A DNA stretch of 64,000 nt from an uncultured Alphaproteobacteria bacterium (GCA_963809245.1 CAWEIU010000008.1:45611-109610); one strand, 5' to 3'. Counted from the stretch's first letter, positions 8,242-17,441 are shown. Translations and numbers: made by a program. The notes: generated by a model not told the origin, from the letters alone.

Positions 8242-10905
8242 CTAGGTCGCCTTGGCGAACTGATAGTTTTCGCTCGCGGCTCTGGTGAGCGGTGTCTCGT
8301 CCCCCGCGTCGCCGGGGCCGATCGAGCGCGTCTCCAGCCGCACCGCCCACGCGCTGTAGCCGAAAGCGCGCTCCACCGCATGCGCCATCGTGCCGTCGAA
8401 TTGGCCGGCCTCGGCTTCGAACGCTTCGTCGCCGAGCGCCAAGTTGATTAGCGGTTCGAGCGCGTCGCGCCGGGCCAGAAACATCGTCCCGGCGACGAAG
8501 GCCGCCTTCGCGGCTTCCTCTGGCCGCAGGCCGAGGCGGCTGGCCAGCCACGCCACGCGCGCATGGTTCGAGCCCAGATAGTTGGCGACCGGCAGCACGT
8601 GTCCGGCGGCGCCGATCAAGCCAACCTTGGGATCGGCGCGCATCTGCTCGATGGCCCAAGCAATTTGATTGGGCGGAGCCAGGCTGGCGAGAATCTCGTC
8701 GCGCCATTGGTCGCCGTCGCCGCGCTGCGGCGTCTTCTTGGTGTGCAGCTTGAGCACGACGGGATAGCTCCCTCGGTCGATACGGCGCAACGCCTTCAGG
8801 AACGGCAGCACGTCGCGACCGCGATTGTCGAAGACGAAGATCGTATGCGCAATCCCGCGCCGTTCAAGAATCGTGCGGATGGCCGCCTCGTGGGCGCCAA
8901 TCGTGGTGATGAACAGATGACGCCGCGGGCCGATCGGATGCAGTGCGTCGAGCATGTGCTCCATGATGTCGACGTAGAAGACGTGCAGTACGATCGCGAC
9001 GTTCGGCTCCTGCGGCAGCGATGCGCCGGCGCGGTCGAGCGCATAGGCGCGCGCCAAGGCGACGCGGGTCGCTTCCAGATACGCGTAGCCGCACCGCCGA
9101 TCGGGCTCGAGATGGGCGCCTTCCGCCCATTCGTTCCAGGCGTTGACAAACACCAACCGCTCGCCTGCGCTCGGCGCGCTCGCCGTCGTTTCGCGCACCG
9201 CGTTGACCAACCACTCCCCGTAGGCTCTTGGCGAGGAATTGACGAGCGTGATGCCGCGTCCGGGTCGCCGCGCCTCATTGTCCCACATCGGGCAAACCGA
9301 GCGAAACAGCCGATAGCTTGGACGCTCGTAGCGGCGGCTGAGCTCGACCCAGTAGGAATAGTCGAGTGCGTGGCCGGAGAATTCCGGATTGAGCAATCGG
9401 CGGCTCGGCGTCAGATTCTTCGGGCCGGGCGCCGGGGGCTGATTGGGTGGGAACTCGACGGCGGCGTCGCAGCCATAGTCGGCCGGGTCGATCGGCCCGA
9501 ACGAATGGGTGCAGATCAAGTAGAGGTCGCCGACGCCGTTGTCTCGGCACCAGGCCCGCCAACGCTGCGCCGTCGCCTTCATCGAAGGCAATAGCTGTGG
9601 CCGGTAGACAAGCAGTGCAGGCCGGCCGTTGACCCTGAGATAGCGTCGGTCCTTCAGGTATTTGCTGACATGGGCGATGAATGCGAGGTCGTCGTCGGCG
9701 GAATAGTTCTGCTCGAGCAGAACCGACCCTTCGAGACCGTCCCAGCGGCGGGTCCAGTTCTCGTTGGCCCAGCAGAGGCAGAACGTCTGGTCGAGATCGA
9801 GATTGTCGAGAATGTTCTGTAGCGGTCGTTCGAGGACGATGTGGCCGTTGAACCAATAGAAATAGATACAGAAGGCGGAGACGCCGTAGGTCGCGGCAAG
9901 CGCCGCCTGCCGCCGCTGCACGTCGGGATTGCGCAGGTCGTAGAACCCGAGCTCGCCGGGCAGATGCGGCTGGTAGTGCCCTTCGAATTGCGGCTGCGCC
10001 CGCGTGACGTTGCTCCACTCCGTGAAGCCTTTGCCCCACCAGCGATCGTTCTCGGGAATCGGGTGGAACTGCGGGAGATAGAAAGCGACCACGCGAACAT
10101 CGGAGAGCGGCGGCTCGGCGTCTTCGAGCAGCGGGGTCGGAGCAGTATCCTTGACATTGTAGCCGAAAACCGCCTGCGCGGCCTCGACGAAATCGCGATC
10201 CGCCGCTCCGCCTCCAAGCAGGACGGGCGCGAGGCCGTCGGCCACGCCATACGTCGCGCGACGCTCTCGTTCTCCAGAACTCACGTAGTGGACAAGCGGA
10301 TTGACGCCGGATTCGGCGACGTCAGCATTGGCGGCGAGATACCAGTCGCCGTCGAAGGTCGGATTCGGCATGCGGCCTTGGAGCGCGCCTATGCGCAGGT
10401 AATGGACAAGCGGATTGACGCCAGAGGCGGCGACATCGGGATTGGTCCGCGCGTACCAACGGCCGTCGAACAGCGGATGTGGCTGGCGGCCCTCGAAGCC
10501 GCCGATCTGCAGATAGTGCTTGAGCAGCTTGGCCTCGCCGCGCCGCCCAAGCTCGGGAATCGTCTTGGCGTAATGGACGGCGTCGAACAGGCCGGATTTC
10601 GCCACTAGCCGAGCGTCCCGCTTGAGCTGCTGGCGCTTGCGGAAACGTTCGAGCGGCGAAAGGGCGCCGGGCCGCTTCGGGGCGCCGCGAAGCGCCGAGA
10701 CGACGCGCCAAAAGGCCTCAACGAGTCGACCGCTCGCGGGAGGCTCCGCCTGTTCACGGATCTCGGCGACGATCTTGGCCAGACGCAACGCGCGCGCCTG
10801 CGTCAAAGCGAGGCGACCTTCGGCAGACGAAGACAGCAGGGTGGCCGGCGCGTTTGGTTGGTCAAACTCTGGTGAAGCAGCCGCCATCGTCCCAATTCCG
10901 AACAT
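8242..10905 (-). CDS. Multidomain polysaccharide enzyme: N-terminal 38-aa repeats + WbsX-like (GH99-like) domain + RgpF domain
   Basis: ORF 8242..10905, 887 aa. Central FYLPQFHPIPENDRWWGKGFTEWSNV...CWANENWTRRWDG is WbsX-type. C-terminal VAIVLHVFYVDIMEHM...DNRGRDVLPFL...KLHTKKT...FVAGTMFLARR...AHAVERA is RgpF-type. Confidence 0.75.
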   Translation of the reverse strand: MFGIGTMAAASPEFDQPNAPATLLSSSAEGRLALTQARALRLAKIVAEIREQAEPPASGRLVEAFWRVVSALRGAPKRPGALSPLERFRKRQQLKRDARLVAKSGLFDAVHYAKTIPELGRRGEAKLLKHYLQIGGFEGRQPHPLFDGRWYARTNPDVAASGVNPLVHYLRIGALQGRMPNPTFDGDWYLAANADVAESGVNPLVHYVSSGERERRATYGVADGLAPVLLGGGAADRDFVEAAQAVFGYNVKDTAPTPLLEDAEPPLSDVRVVAFYLPQFHPIPENDRWWGKGFTEWSNVTRAQPQFEGHYQPHLPGELGFYDLRNPDVQRRQAALAATYGVSAFCIYFYWFNGHIVLERPLQNILDNLDLDQTFCLCWANENWTRRWDGLEGSVLLEQNYSADDDLAFIAHVSKYLKDRRYLRVNGRPALLVYRPQLLPSMKATAQRWRAWCRDNGVGDLYLICTHSFGPIDPADYGCDAAVEFPPNQPPAPGPKNLTPSRRLLNPEFSGHALDYSYWVELSRRYERPSYRLFRSVCPMWDNEARRPGRGITLVNSSPRAYGEWLVNAVRETTASAPSAGERLVFVNAWNEWAEGAHLEPDRRCGYAYLEATRVALARAYALDRAGASLPQEPNVAIVLHVFYVDIMEHMLDALHPIGPRRHLFITTIGAHEAAIRTILERRGIAHTIFVFDNRGRDVLPFLKALRRIDRGSYPVVLKLHTKKTPQRGDGDQWRDEILASLAPPNQIAWAIEQMRADPKVGLIGAAGHVLPVANYLGSNHARVAWLASRLGLRPEEAAKAAFVAGTMFLARRDALEPLINLALGDEAFEAEAGQFDGTMAHAVERAFGYSAWAVRLETRSIGPGDAGDETPLTRAASENYQFAKAT

Positions 10906-10995
10906 CGACCGACGGCTCCTAGGCGTGAGCCGCGTCAGGGTTAGAGGAGAAGGGCGACGCGCCGCCGCGCGTTCTGCCGCCCACGCGATTCGACA

Positions 10996-13335
10996 TCACA
11001 GATAGGCGATCCACGGCTTCATCCGGCGCGAGAGCTCCGCGATGTCGTAGTTCGAGGATTGAAGCGACAGATTGGGATTGTAATACGGATCGTTCTCGAT
11101 CGCAGCCGCCCATCGGTCGCGGAAATTGGCGCATTCGCGCGCGAAGCGGGCCTTCTTCTCCGGCGTGTCCTCGTAGCCGCGCGACAGCAACTCGTGATGA
11201 ACAAGTTCGGCGAACGGCGTCCAAACGTTTCGATAGCCCTTCGATCGCACTTTCAGGCAAAAGTCGATGTCGTTGAAGGCGACGGGAAAATCGATGGCGT
11301 CCAAGCCACGCGCTTCGAGAAACACCGACTTGCGCACGACCAGGCAGGCGCCAGTCACGGCGGAGACGGCGCGCGTCAGGGCCGCCTGGCCGAAATAGCC
11401 CAGCGCCTCCCGGCCCTCGAAAAGGAAGGAATGGCCGGCGACGCCGCCAATGCCGATGACCACGCCGGCGTGCTGTAGGCGGCCGTCGGCATAGTACAGC
11501 TTCGCGCCGACCGCCCCGACCTCGGGCCGAACGGCGTGCGAGACCATCTCGCTGAGCCAATCCGGCCGCATGACCTCGATGTCGTTGTTGAGCAGCGTCA
11601 GGATCGTCCCCTTGGCTGCCGACACAGCCATGTTGTTCATCGCTGAGAAGTTGAACGGCCCGGAATAGGGGAGAATTCGGACGCGTCGATCGGCGCGCAG
11701 AGAATCGAACAGCGCCTTCGTTTCCGGCTCCCGGCTGTCGTGATCGACGATCAACAGCTCGAGATTGGGATAATCCGTCTTGTTGAGCACGCCGTCGGCG
11801 CATACGGCTGTCAGGTCGGCGCGGTCCTTGGTGAGGACGATCACCGAGACCAACGGATTGGGCTCCGGGACGCGGCGAACGACGCGGGAGCGATGGGGAT
11901 CGAGCGGGCTCGGCGTCACCGTAGCGCCCTCTCCTTCTCGATCGAGGAACTCCTGAATCGCCCGGCGCGCCGATTCCGAACATCGCTCTAGTTGGTCCGC
12001 CGAGAAGCTCGAGCCCTTGGCGCCGCGCCGCCAGCGATAGAGGACTTCGGGGATGTGGCGAATGCGGTCGCTCGAGGACGCCGCCCAGGCCCTGAGGATC
12101 AGGTCGTGATCCTGGCTGCCCTCGAAACCCAGGCGAAAGCCGCCGATCCGGTTCAGCAGCGCGCGTCGGTAGACGCCGAGATGGCTGACCATATTCTGCC
12201 CGAACAGCAGCTCGGGATTGAAGTCGGGCTTGAAATAGGGCTCGTAGGGACGCCCTCGCTCGTCCATCTGGTCTTCGTCGGAATAGATCACGTCGACGTC
12301 CGGGCGGGCGTCGATCTCCACGGCGACCTCGTAGAGCGCGGTCTCGTGGAGAATGTCGTCGTGATCCATCAGCGCGACGAAATCGCCCGTCGCGAGCTCT
12401 AGCGCCGAATTACTGGCGGCGCAGATGTTGCCGTTCTTCGCGCGGTGAACGACCTTGATCCGCTTGTCCGTCGCGGCCAATTCGTCGAGCGTGCGCCCGA
12501 CGTCCGGATTGGGCGAGGCGTCGTTGGCGATGCACAGCTCCCAATTCTCGTAGGATTGCGCCATCACCAACTCGATCGCCTGCCGCAGGAACGCAATCGG
12601 CGGATCGTAGACGGGCATCACCACCGAGATCAGCGGCGTCGAGGCGAGGTCGGCGATGTGCCGCCGGATCGCTCCGCGGTCGAGTTCGGTCAGCTCGTCC
12701 CCGAACCGCCCGCGCGCCTTGCGCCAACCCGACTTCTCATAGTGCAAAAGCGGATTGATCCCCGCTTTGGCGACGTCGGGATGGTTCGCAAGATAACTGC
12801 GCGTCGAGAAGAACGGACCCGGGTCGCGTCCCTCGCGCGCGCCGAACGCGTAATAGTGCCATGCCGCCTTGATCTTTCCGGCGCCGATGTCGGCGTAGGT
12901 GGAGGCGTACCATTCCTTGTCGAAGAACAGGGAGTTCTTAATTATCGCGATATTCGCCTTGTCGGGCTTGAAGCGGGCGCGCAGATGCGCCCACAGCTTG
13001 CCAAGACGCGTGCGCTTTCCCCGCAACTGCGCCGTCCGGCGCATGAGGCCGAGCGCGACTTCGAAAGATTTCTTACGGATCGCCAATTCGGCGCGCGCTT
13101 CGACAGTCTTCAGGCGGCGCGCGAGCTCGCCGCGGCGCTTGCGCAAGGCGAGTCCGAGGCGGACGTTGCGGCGTCGGATCGCCGCAAGACGTTTGATCTC
13201 GTCACGCGCCTGCGCCAATTCCGCGGCGAGTTCCGCCTCGCGGCTGTCGGGGCTCGATGAGCGCTGACAGCCGACGGCGAAGACCTCTCCGGCTTCGTGC
13301 AGGCGCATTTCGGCCCGTTCGGTCGCATCGTTCAT
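10996..13335 (-). CDS. Dual-domain family-2 glycosyltransferase with N-terminal coiled coil
   Basis: ORF 10996..13335, 779 aa, GGAGG 4-5 nt upstream. GT2 module 1: ISVVMPVYDPP...IANDAS...ALMDHDD. GT2 module 2: VSVIVLTKDR...IVDHDS...LLNNDIEV. Residues about 30-125 are Arg/Lys/Glu/Ala-rich and predicted helical. Confidence 0.8.
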   Translation of the reverse strand: MNDATERAEMRLHEAGEVFAVGCQRSSSPDSREAELAAELAQARDEIKRLAAIRRRNVRLGLALRKRRGELARRLKTVEARAELAIRKKSFEVALGLMRRTAQLRGKRTRLGKLWAHLRARFKPDKANIAIIKNSLFFDKEWYASTYADIGAGKIKAAWHYYAFGAREGRDPGPFFSTRSYLANHPDVAKAGINPLLHYEKSGWRKARGRFGDELTELDRGAIRRHIADLASTPLISVVMPVYDPPIAFLRQAIELVMAQSYENWELCIANDASPNPDVGRTLDELAATDKRIKVVHRAKNGNICAASNSALELATGDFVALMDHDDILHETALYEVAVEIDARPDVDVIYSDEDQMDERGRPYEPYFKPDFNPELLFGQNMVSHLGVYRRALLNRIGGFRLGFEGSQDHDLILRAWAASSSDRIRHIPEVLYRWRRGAKGSSFSADQLERCSESARRAIQEFLDREGEGATVTPSPLDPHRSRVVRRVPEPNPLVSVIVLTKDRADLTAVCADGVLNKTDYPNLELLIVDHDSREPETKALFDSLRADRRVRILPYSGPFNFSAMNNMAVSAAKGTILTLLNNDIEVMRPDWLSEMVSHAVRPEVGAVGAKLYYADGRLQHAGVVIGIGGVAGHSFLFEGREALGYFGQAALTRAVSAVTGACLVVRKSVFLEARGLDAIDFPVAFNDIDFCLKVRSKGYRNVWTPFAELVHHELLSRGYEDTPEKKARFARECANFRDRWAAAIENDPYYNPNLSLQSSNYDIAELSRRMKPWIAYL

Positions 13336-13422
13336 GCAGCCTCCGAGTGTCGGCGGACGCCCGCTAGCGTCGAAGCGCGTCCCTGCGTCGCCGTTGGCCG
13401 AGCGTGCCTTGCCATCACGGCT

Positions 13423-14280
13423 TCACAGGCTCCTGAGGTATTGTCCGTAGGCGCTCTTGGCGAGCGCCTCGGCCGCTCTCTCGAACTCGGAGGCGGAAAT
13501 CCACTTCTGGTTGAAGGCGATCTCTTCCAGGCAGGCGATACGGAATCCCTGGCGCTTCTCGAGCGTGCGAACGAACTCGGAAGCTTCGAGCAGGGAATCG
13601 GGGGTGCCGGTGTCGAGCCAGGCGAAGCCGCGGCCCATCTTCTCGACGGCGAGTTCGCCGCGCTCGAGATAGAGGCGGTTGAGGTCGGTGATCTCCAATT
13701 CGCCGCGCGCAGACGGCTTCAGGGACGCGGCGAACTCGGGCGCGTTCGAATCATAGAAATAGAGCCCCGTGACCGCCCACGACGAGCGGGGCTTGCGCGG
13801 CTTTTCCTCGATCGACAAAGCGCGGCCTTCGCCATCGAACTCCACCACGCCGTAACGCTCGGGATCCTGCACATGATAGGCGAAGACGGTCGCGCCGCTC
13901 TTCTTCTCGCCCGCGCTGCGGAACATGTCGGAGACGCCGTGGCCGTAGAAGAGGTTGTCGCCGAGGATGAGCGCGGATTCCTGGCCCGCCACGAAATCGG
14001 CGCCGATGATGTAAGCCTGGGCCAACCCGTCAGGCCGTGGCTGCTCGGCGTAGGAGATCGAAAGTCCCCATTGCGAGCCGTCGCCGAGCAGGCGCTGGAA
14101 GTTGGGGAGGTCATGGGGGGTCGAGATGATGAGGATCTCGCGCACGCCGGCGAGCATCAGCGTCGACAGCGGGTAATAGATCATCGGCTTGTCGTAGACG
14201 GGCAGAAGCTGCTTCGACATCGCCAGCGTCATCGGATGCAGGCGCGTCCCGCTGCCGCCCGCCAATATGATCCCCCGCAT
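13423..14280 (-). CDS. rfbA: Glucose-1-phosphate thymidylyltransferase
   Basis: ORF 13423..14286. [18 protein letters not shown]...[32 protein letters not shown] prefer the second ATG (14280) because GGGAG lies 7 nt upstream; ATG 14286 is also possible. Confidence 0.93.
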   Translation of the reverse strand: MRGIILAGGSGTRLHPMTLAMSKQLLPVYDKPMIYYPLSTLMLAGVREILIISTPHDLPNFQRLLGDGSQWGLSISYAEQPRPDGLAQAYIIGADFVAGQESALILGDNLFYGHGVSDMFRSAGEKKSGATVFAYHVQDPERYGVVEFDGEGRALSIEEKPRKPRSSWAVTGLYFYDSNAPEFAASLKPSARGELEITDLNRLYLERGELAVEKMGRGFAWLDTGTPDSLLEASEFVRTLEKRQGFRIACLEEIAFNQKWISASEFERAAEALAKSAYGQYLRSL

Positions 14281-14298
14281 CGACATACTCCCTTTGAA

Positions 14299-15186
14299 TT
14301 AACCGCCGGCCATCAACCGCGCGACGCAGGACGCAAGCGAGGCGCGCCAGTGCGGCGGGTGGACGGCATAGACGGCTTGCAGCTTCTCGGTGTGGAGGCG
14401 CGAATTGGCGGGACGCCGCGCCGGCGTCGGATATTGCGCGGTCGCGATCGGCTCGACCCTCACGGGCGAACGACCGAAACGCTGGGCCTCGGCGAAGATG
14501 GCCTCCGCGAACTCGGCCCAGGTCGCCTCTCCCGATCCGACGAGATGAAAGACGCCGTGCAAGTCAGCGTCGCCAGGGGCGGCGACGAGGCGGCGCGCAA
14601 CGGCGAGGATGGCGTCGGCGATGTCGAGCGCGCTCGTGGGCGAACCGCGCTGGTCGGCGACGACGCGGACCGTATCGCGCGTCTCGCCGAGACGCAGCAT
14701 GGTCTTCACGAAATTCGCGCCGTACGGGGAATAGACCCAGGCCGTGCGCAACACGACATGGGCGGGGTTTGCTTCGGCGGCGGCGAGCTCGCCTGCGAGC
14801 TTGGAGCGCCCGTAGGCGTTGATCGGCGCGAGCGCGTCGTCCTCGCGATAGGGGGCCGGCGAAGTTCCGTCGAACACGTAGTCGGTCGAAAGTTGGATAA
14901 CCGGCCTGCCGCGGCCGGCGGCGGCGCGCGCGATCGCGCCGGCGGCCGCGCCGTTGATCGCCATTGCGATCTCGGGTTCGGCCTCCGCCTTGTCGACAGC
15001 GGTGTAGGCCGCAGCGTTGACGACGATGTCGGCTGACGAAGCGCCGATCGCTTCGGCGAGGCGCTCGGGCTGAAGCAGATCGTATTCCGGCCGGCCGAGC
15101 GCCTCGATCGCGACGCCTTGCGCGGCGCCACGCTCGAGCAGGGCTCGGGCGACCTGTCCCTGTGTCCCGGTGACGAGAACGCGCAT
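14299..15186 (-). CDS. rfbD: dTDP-4-dehydrorhamnose reductase
   Basis: Lies inside ORF 14299..15216. ATG 15186 gives MRVLVTGTQGQVARAL...STDYVFDG...Y.E.D...P.NAYGRSK. Confidence 0.9.
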   Translation of the reverse strand: MRVLVTGTQGQVARALLERGAAQGVAIEALGRPEYDLLQPERLAEAIGASSADIVVNAAAYTAVDKAEAEPEIAMAINGAAAGAIARAAAGRGRPVIQLSTDYVFDGTSPAPYREDDALAPINAYGRSKLAGELAAAEANPAHVVLRTAWVYSPYGANFVKTMLRLGETRDTVRVVADQRGSPTSALDIADAILAVARRLVAAPGDADLHGVFHLVGSGEATWAEFAEAIFAEAQRFGRSPVRVEPIATAQYPTPARRPANSRLHTEKLQAVYAVHPPHWRASLASCVARLMAGG

Positions 15187-15194
15187 GGCGGCGC

Positions 15195-15749
15195 CTAGTC
15201 GAAGAAATGCGGGCATTCCGCAAGTCGCGGGTGCCGCCGGTCTTTGTCGGAGAGAACGGCTCGCGCCGGATCGACGGGCCAGACGATCCCCAGCGCGGGG
15301 TCGTCGAACGCCAGGCCGTGATCGTGCTGCGGCGAATAATAGTTCGTCACTTTGTACAGCACCTCGGTATCCGGCTCGAGCGTGCAGAAGCCGTGCGCAA
15401 AGCCGATCGGCACGAGAAGCTGGCGCCAGTTCTCCTCCGACAGCTCGGTCGCGACGTGACGGCCGAACGTGGGAGACGAGCGGCGCAGGTCCACCGCGAC
15501 GTCGAGAATGCGGCCGCGCGTGACGCGAATCAGCTTGTCCTGCGCGAAGGGCGGCGACTGGAAATGAAGGCCGCGCAGCGTGCCGATCTCGGCCGAGCGC
15601 GAATGGTTGTCCTGCACGAAGTCGAGGTCGAGTCCGGCCTCCGCCGCCGCTCGGCGACTGTACGTCTCGGAGAAGAAGCCGCGATGGTCGCCGAACTTCT
15701 TCGCCGTGATGATTTTGACGTCGGGAATGGCGGTGTTTTCCACGAGCAC
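15195..15749 (-). CDS. rfbC: dTDP-4-dehydrorhamnose 3,5-epimerase
   Basis: ORF 15195..15749. FGDHRGFFSETY...LRGLHFQ...DKLIRVTRGRILDVAVDLR...PIGFAHGF. Confidence 0.93.
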   Translation of the reverse strand: MLVENTAIPDVKIITAKKFGDHRGFFSETYSRRAAAEAGLDLDFVQDNHSRSAEIGTLRGLHFQSPPFAQDKLIRVTRGRILDVAVDLRRSSPTFGRHVATELSEENWRQLLVPIGFAHGFCTLEPDTEVLYKVTNYYSPQHDHGLAFDDPALGIVWPVDPARAVLSDKDRRHPRLAECPHFFD

Positions 15750-15795
15750 GTCGAAATCCCCTCTCTCCGTGAAAACCAGCTACCGTGAGAAAAAA

Positions 15796-16866
15796 TCAGA
15801 CGGTCATCCCGAGCCGCTCGCCGCGATAGGCGCCAGAGCGAATAGCCTCCCACCACGGACGATTGGCCAGATACCATTCGACGGTCTTGCGCAGGCCGTC
15901 CTCGAACGTGACGCGGGGCCGCCAACCGAGCTCTCGCTCGATTTTCGAGCTGTCGATGGCGTAGCGCAGATCGTGGCCTGGCCGATCGTGCACGAAGGCA
16001 ATGAGTTCTCGCCGGCTGCCTGGGCGAGGGAGCGGGACATAGTCATCGACGAGATCGCAGATCGCCTCGACGACATCGATGTTCCGGCGCTCGCTGCGGC
16101 CGCCGATATTGTAGCATTCGCCAGGAATCCCTTGGCACGCGACGAGCAGAAGAGCCTCCGCGTGATCCTCGACGAATAGCCAGTCGCGCACGTTCTCGCC
16201 CTTGCCATAGACCGGGAGAGGCTTGCCCTCCAGCGCATTGAGCACCATCAGGGGGATGAGTTTTTCTGGAAAGTGATACGGCCCGTAGTTGTTCGAGCAA
16301 TTCGTGATGAGGACCGGCAGGCCATAGGTGTGCCCCCAGGCCCGCGCGAGATGGTCGGAGCCGGCCTTTGAGGCGGAATAGGGCGAGCTCGGCGCATAAG
16401 GCGTGTCCTCGCGGAAAAGACCTTCCGGACCGAGGGCGCCAAAGACTTCGTCAGTCGAGATATGGTGAAAACGAAAGGAAGGTTTCGCTTTTTCACTCAG
16501 GCCCCGCCAATACCCGAGCGATGCCTGCAGCATCGTGTAAGTGCCGACCAAATTCGTCTCGACGAACGCGCCGGGACCGTCGATCGAACGGTCGACGTGA
16601 CTTTCGGCCGCGAGATGCATCACGATGTCGGGGCGGAAGTCGTCCAGCGTCCGCCGCACGGCGGCGCCGTCGCATATGTCGCCCTGAACGAAGCGATAGT
16701 TCGGACTACCGCTCACCGGCTCGAGCGAGCTCAGGTTGCCCGCATAAGTGAGCTTGTCGAACACCAAGACCTGGTGCGGCGTTTGCGACAGCGCGAACCG
16801 CACGACCGCAGAACCGATGAACCCGGCGCCGCCGGTCACAAGGATACGCTTCTTAGCTCCCGTCAT
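15796..16866 (-). CDS. rfbB: dTDP-glucose 4,6-dehydratase
   Basis: ORF 15796..16866. [12 protein letters not shown]...[12 protein letters not shown]...[11 protein letters not shown]...[17 protein letters not shown]. Confidence 0.93.
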   Translation of the reverse strand: MTGAKKRILVTGGAGFIGSAVVRFALSQTPHQVLVFDKLTYAGNLSSLEPVSGSPNYRFVQGDICDGAAVRRTLDDFRPDIVMHLAAESHVDRSIDGPGAFVETNLVGTYTMLQASLGYWRGLSEKAKPSFRFHHISTDEVFGALGPEGLFREDTPYAPSSPYSASKAGSDHLARAWGHTYGLPVLITNCSNNYGPYHFPEKLIPLMVLNALEGKPLPVYGKGENVRDWLFVEDHAEALLLVACQGIPGECYNIGGRSERRNIDVVEAICDLVDDYVPLPRPGSRRELIAFVHDRPGHDLRYAIDSSKIERELGWRPRVTFEDGLRKTVEWYLANRPWWEAIRSGAYRGERLGMTV

Positions 16867-17251
16867 GGCGCCCTCTTTCGCCCAGAATAAGACGTCGTGT
16901 CAAACGCGCCTTCCTTAGGTTGTGACTTTGGGGTCAATTCATGCGGTCTCGGCGATAGCGGCTGGATTGTCGCAGGAGGAAATATGTCAAATGAGTGACG
17001 TGGCGATTGCGGTCTTTCGGTCAGTTGTTGCTCATCGTCTTGCGTACATTGGAGACATTATTCAATGACTCGTAAAGCTTGCCCGAAATGCCCATGGTCT
17101 TCAAGTCATTGCTTGTGGCGGCCCCGCTTTCCGGCCGTGCCCGTGATAACGGCGCTTGGGTCCGTGGGTCAGCGCTGCGGCAACCACGAAGCGCCGGTGG
17201 GTCTCAGCCGTCGAAGGCTATTGGCTAGAGCGTTCTGCAGTTACGTGGAAC

Positions 17252-17380
17252 CGTCATTGCGAGCGGAGCGAAGCAAACCAGCGATCGAGGTCTCGCCAGC
17301 AAATCGCGAGTCGTTCCGTGGGCGCCTCAATTTGCGGACGCCTCGATCTCTGGATCACCGCGCTTCGCTCGCGATGACGA
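17252..17380. repeat. MITE/REP-like element with imperfect terminal inverted repeats
   Basis: Left arm CGTCATTGCGAGCGGAGCGAAGC (17252-17274). The rc of the right arm GCTTCGCTCGCGATGACG (17362-17379) is CGTCATCGCGAGCGAAGC. Translating it yields the '...SLAMT' pseudo-peptide seen in spurious ORF 17065..17445. Confidence 0.6.
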
Positions 17381-17441
17381 CAGGGGGCCGGCTCAACCTA
17401 ACGACAGCGCGCCCTAGGGGCACGCGCGCGCGGCTTGAGAG

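Noticed and set aside
16951-16958. GGCGATAG, a near match to the ops/JUMPstart element (GGCGGTAG) upstream of the rfb genes
   Set aside because: It has one mismatch and sits on the wrong strand relative to the rfbBCDA operon, so RfaH-type antitermination is not supported.
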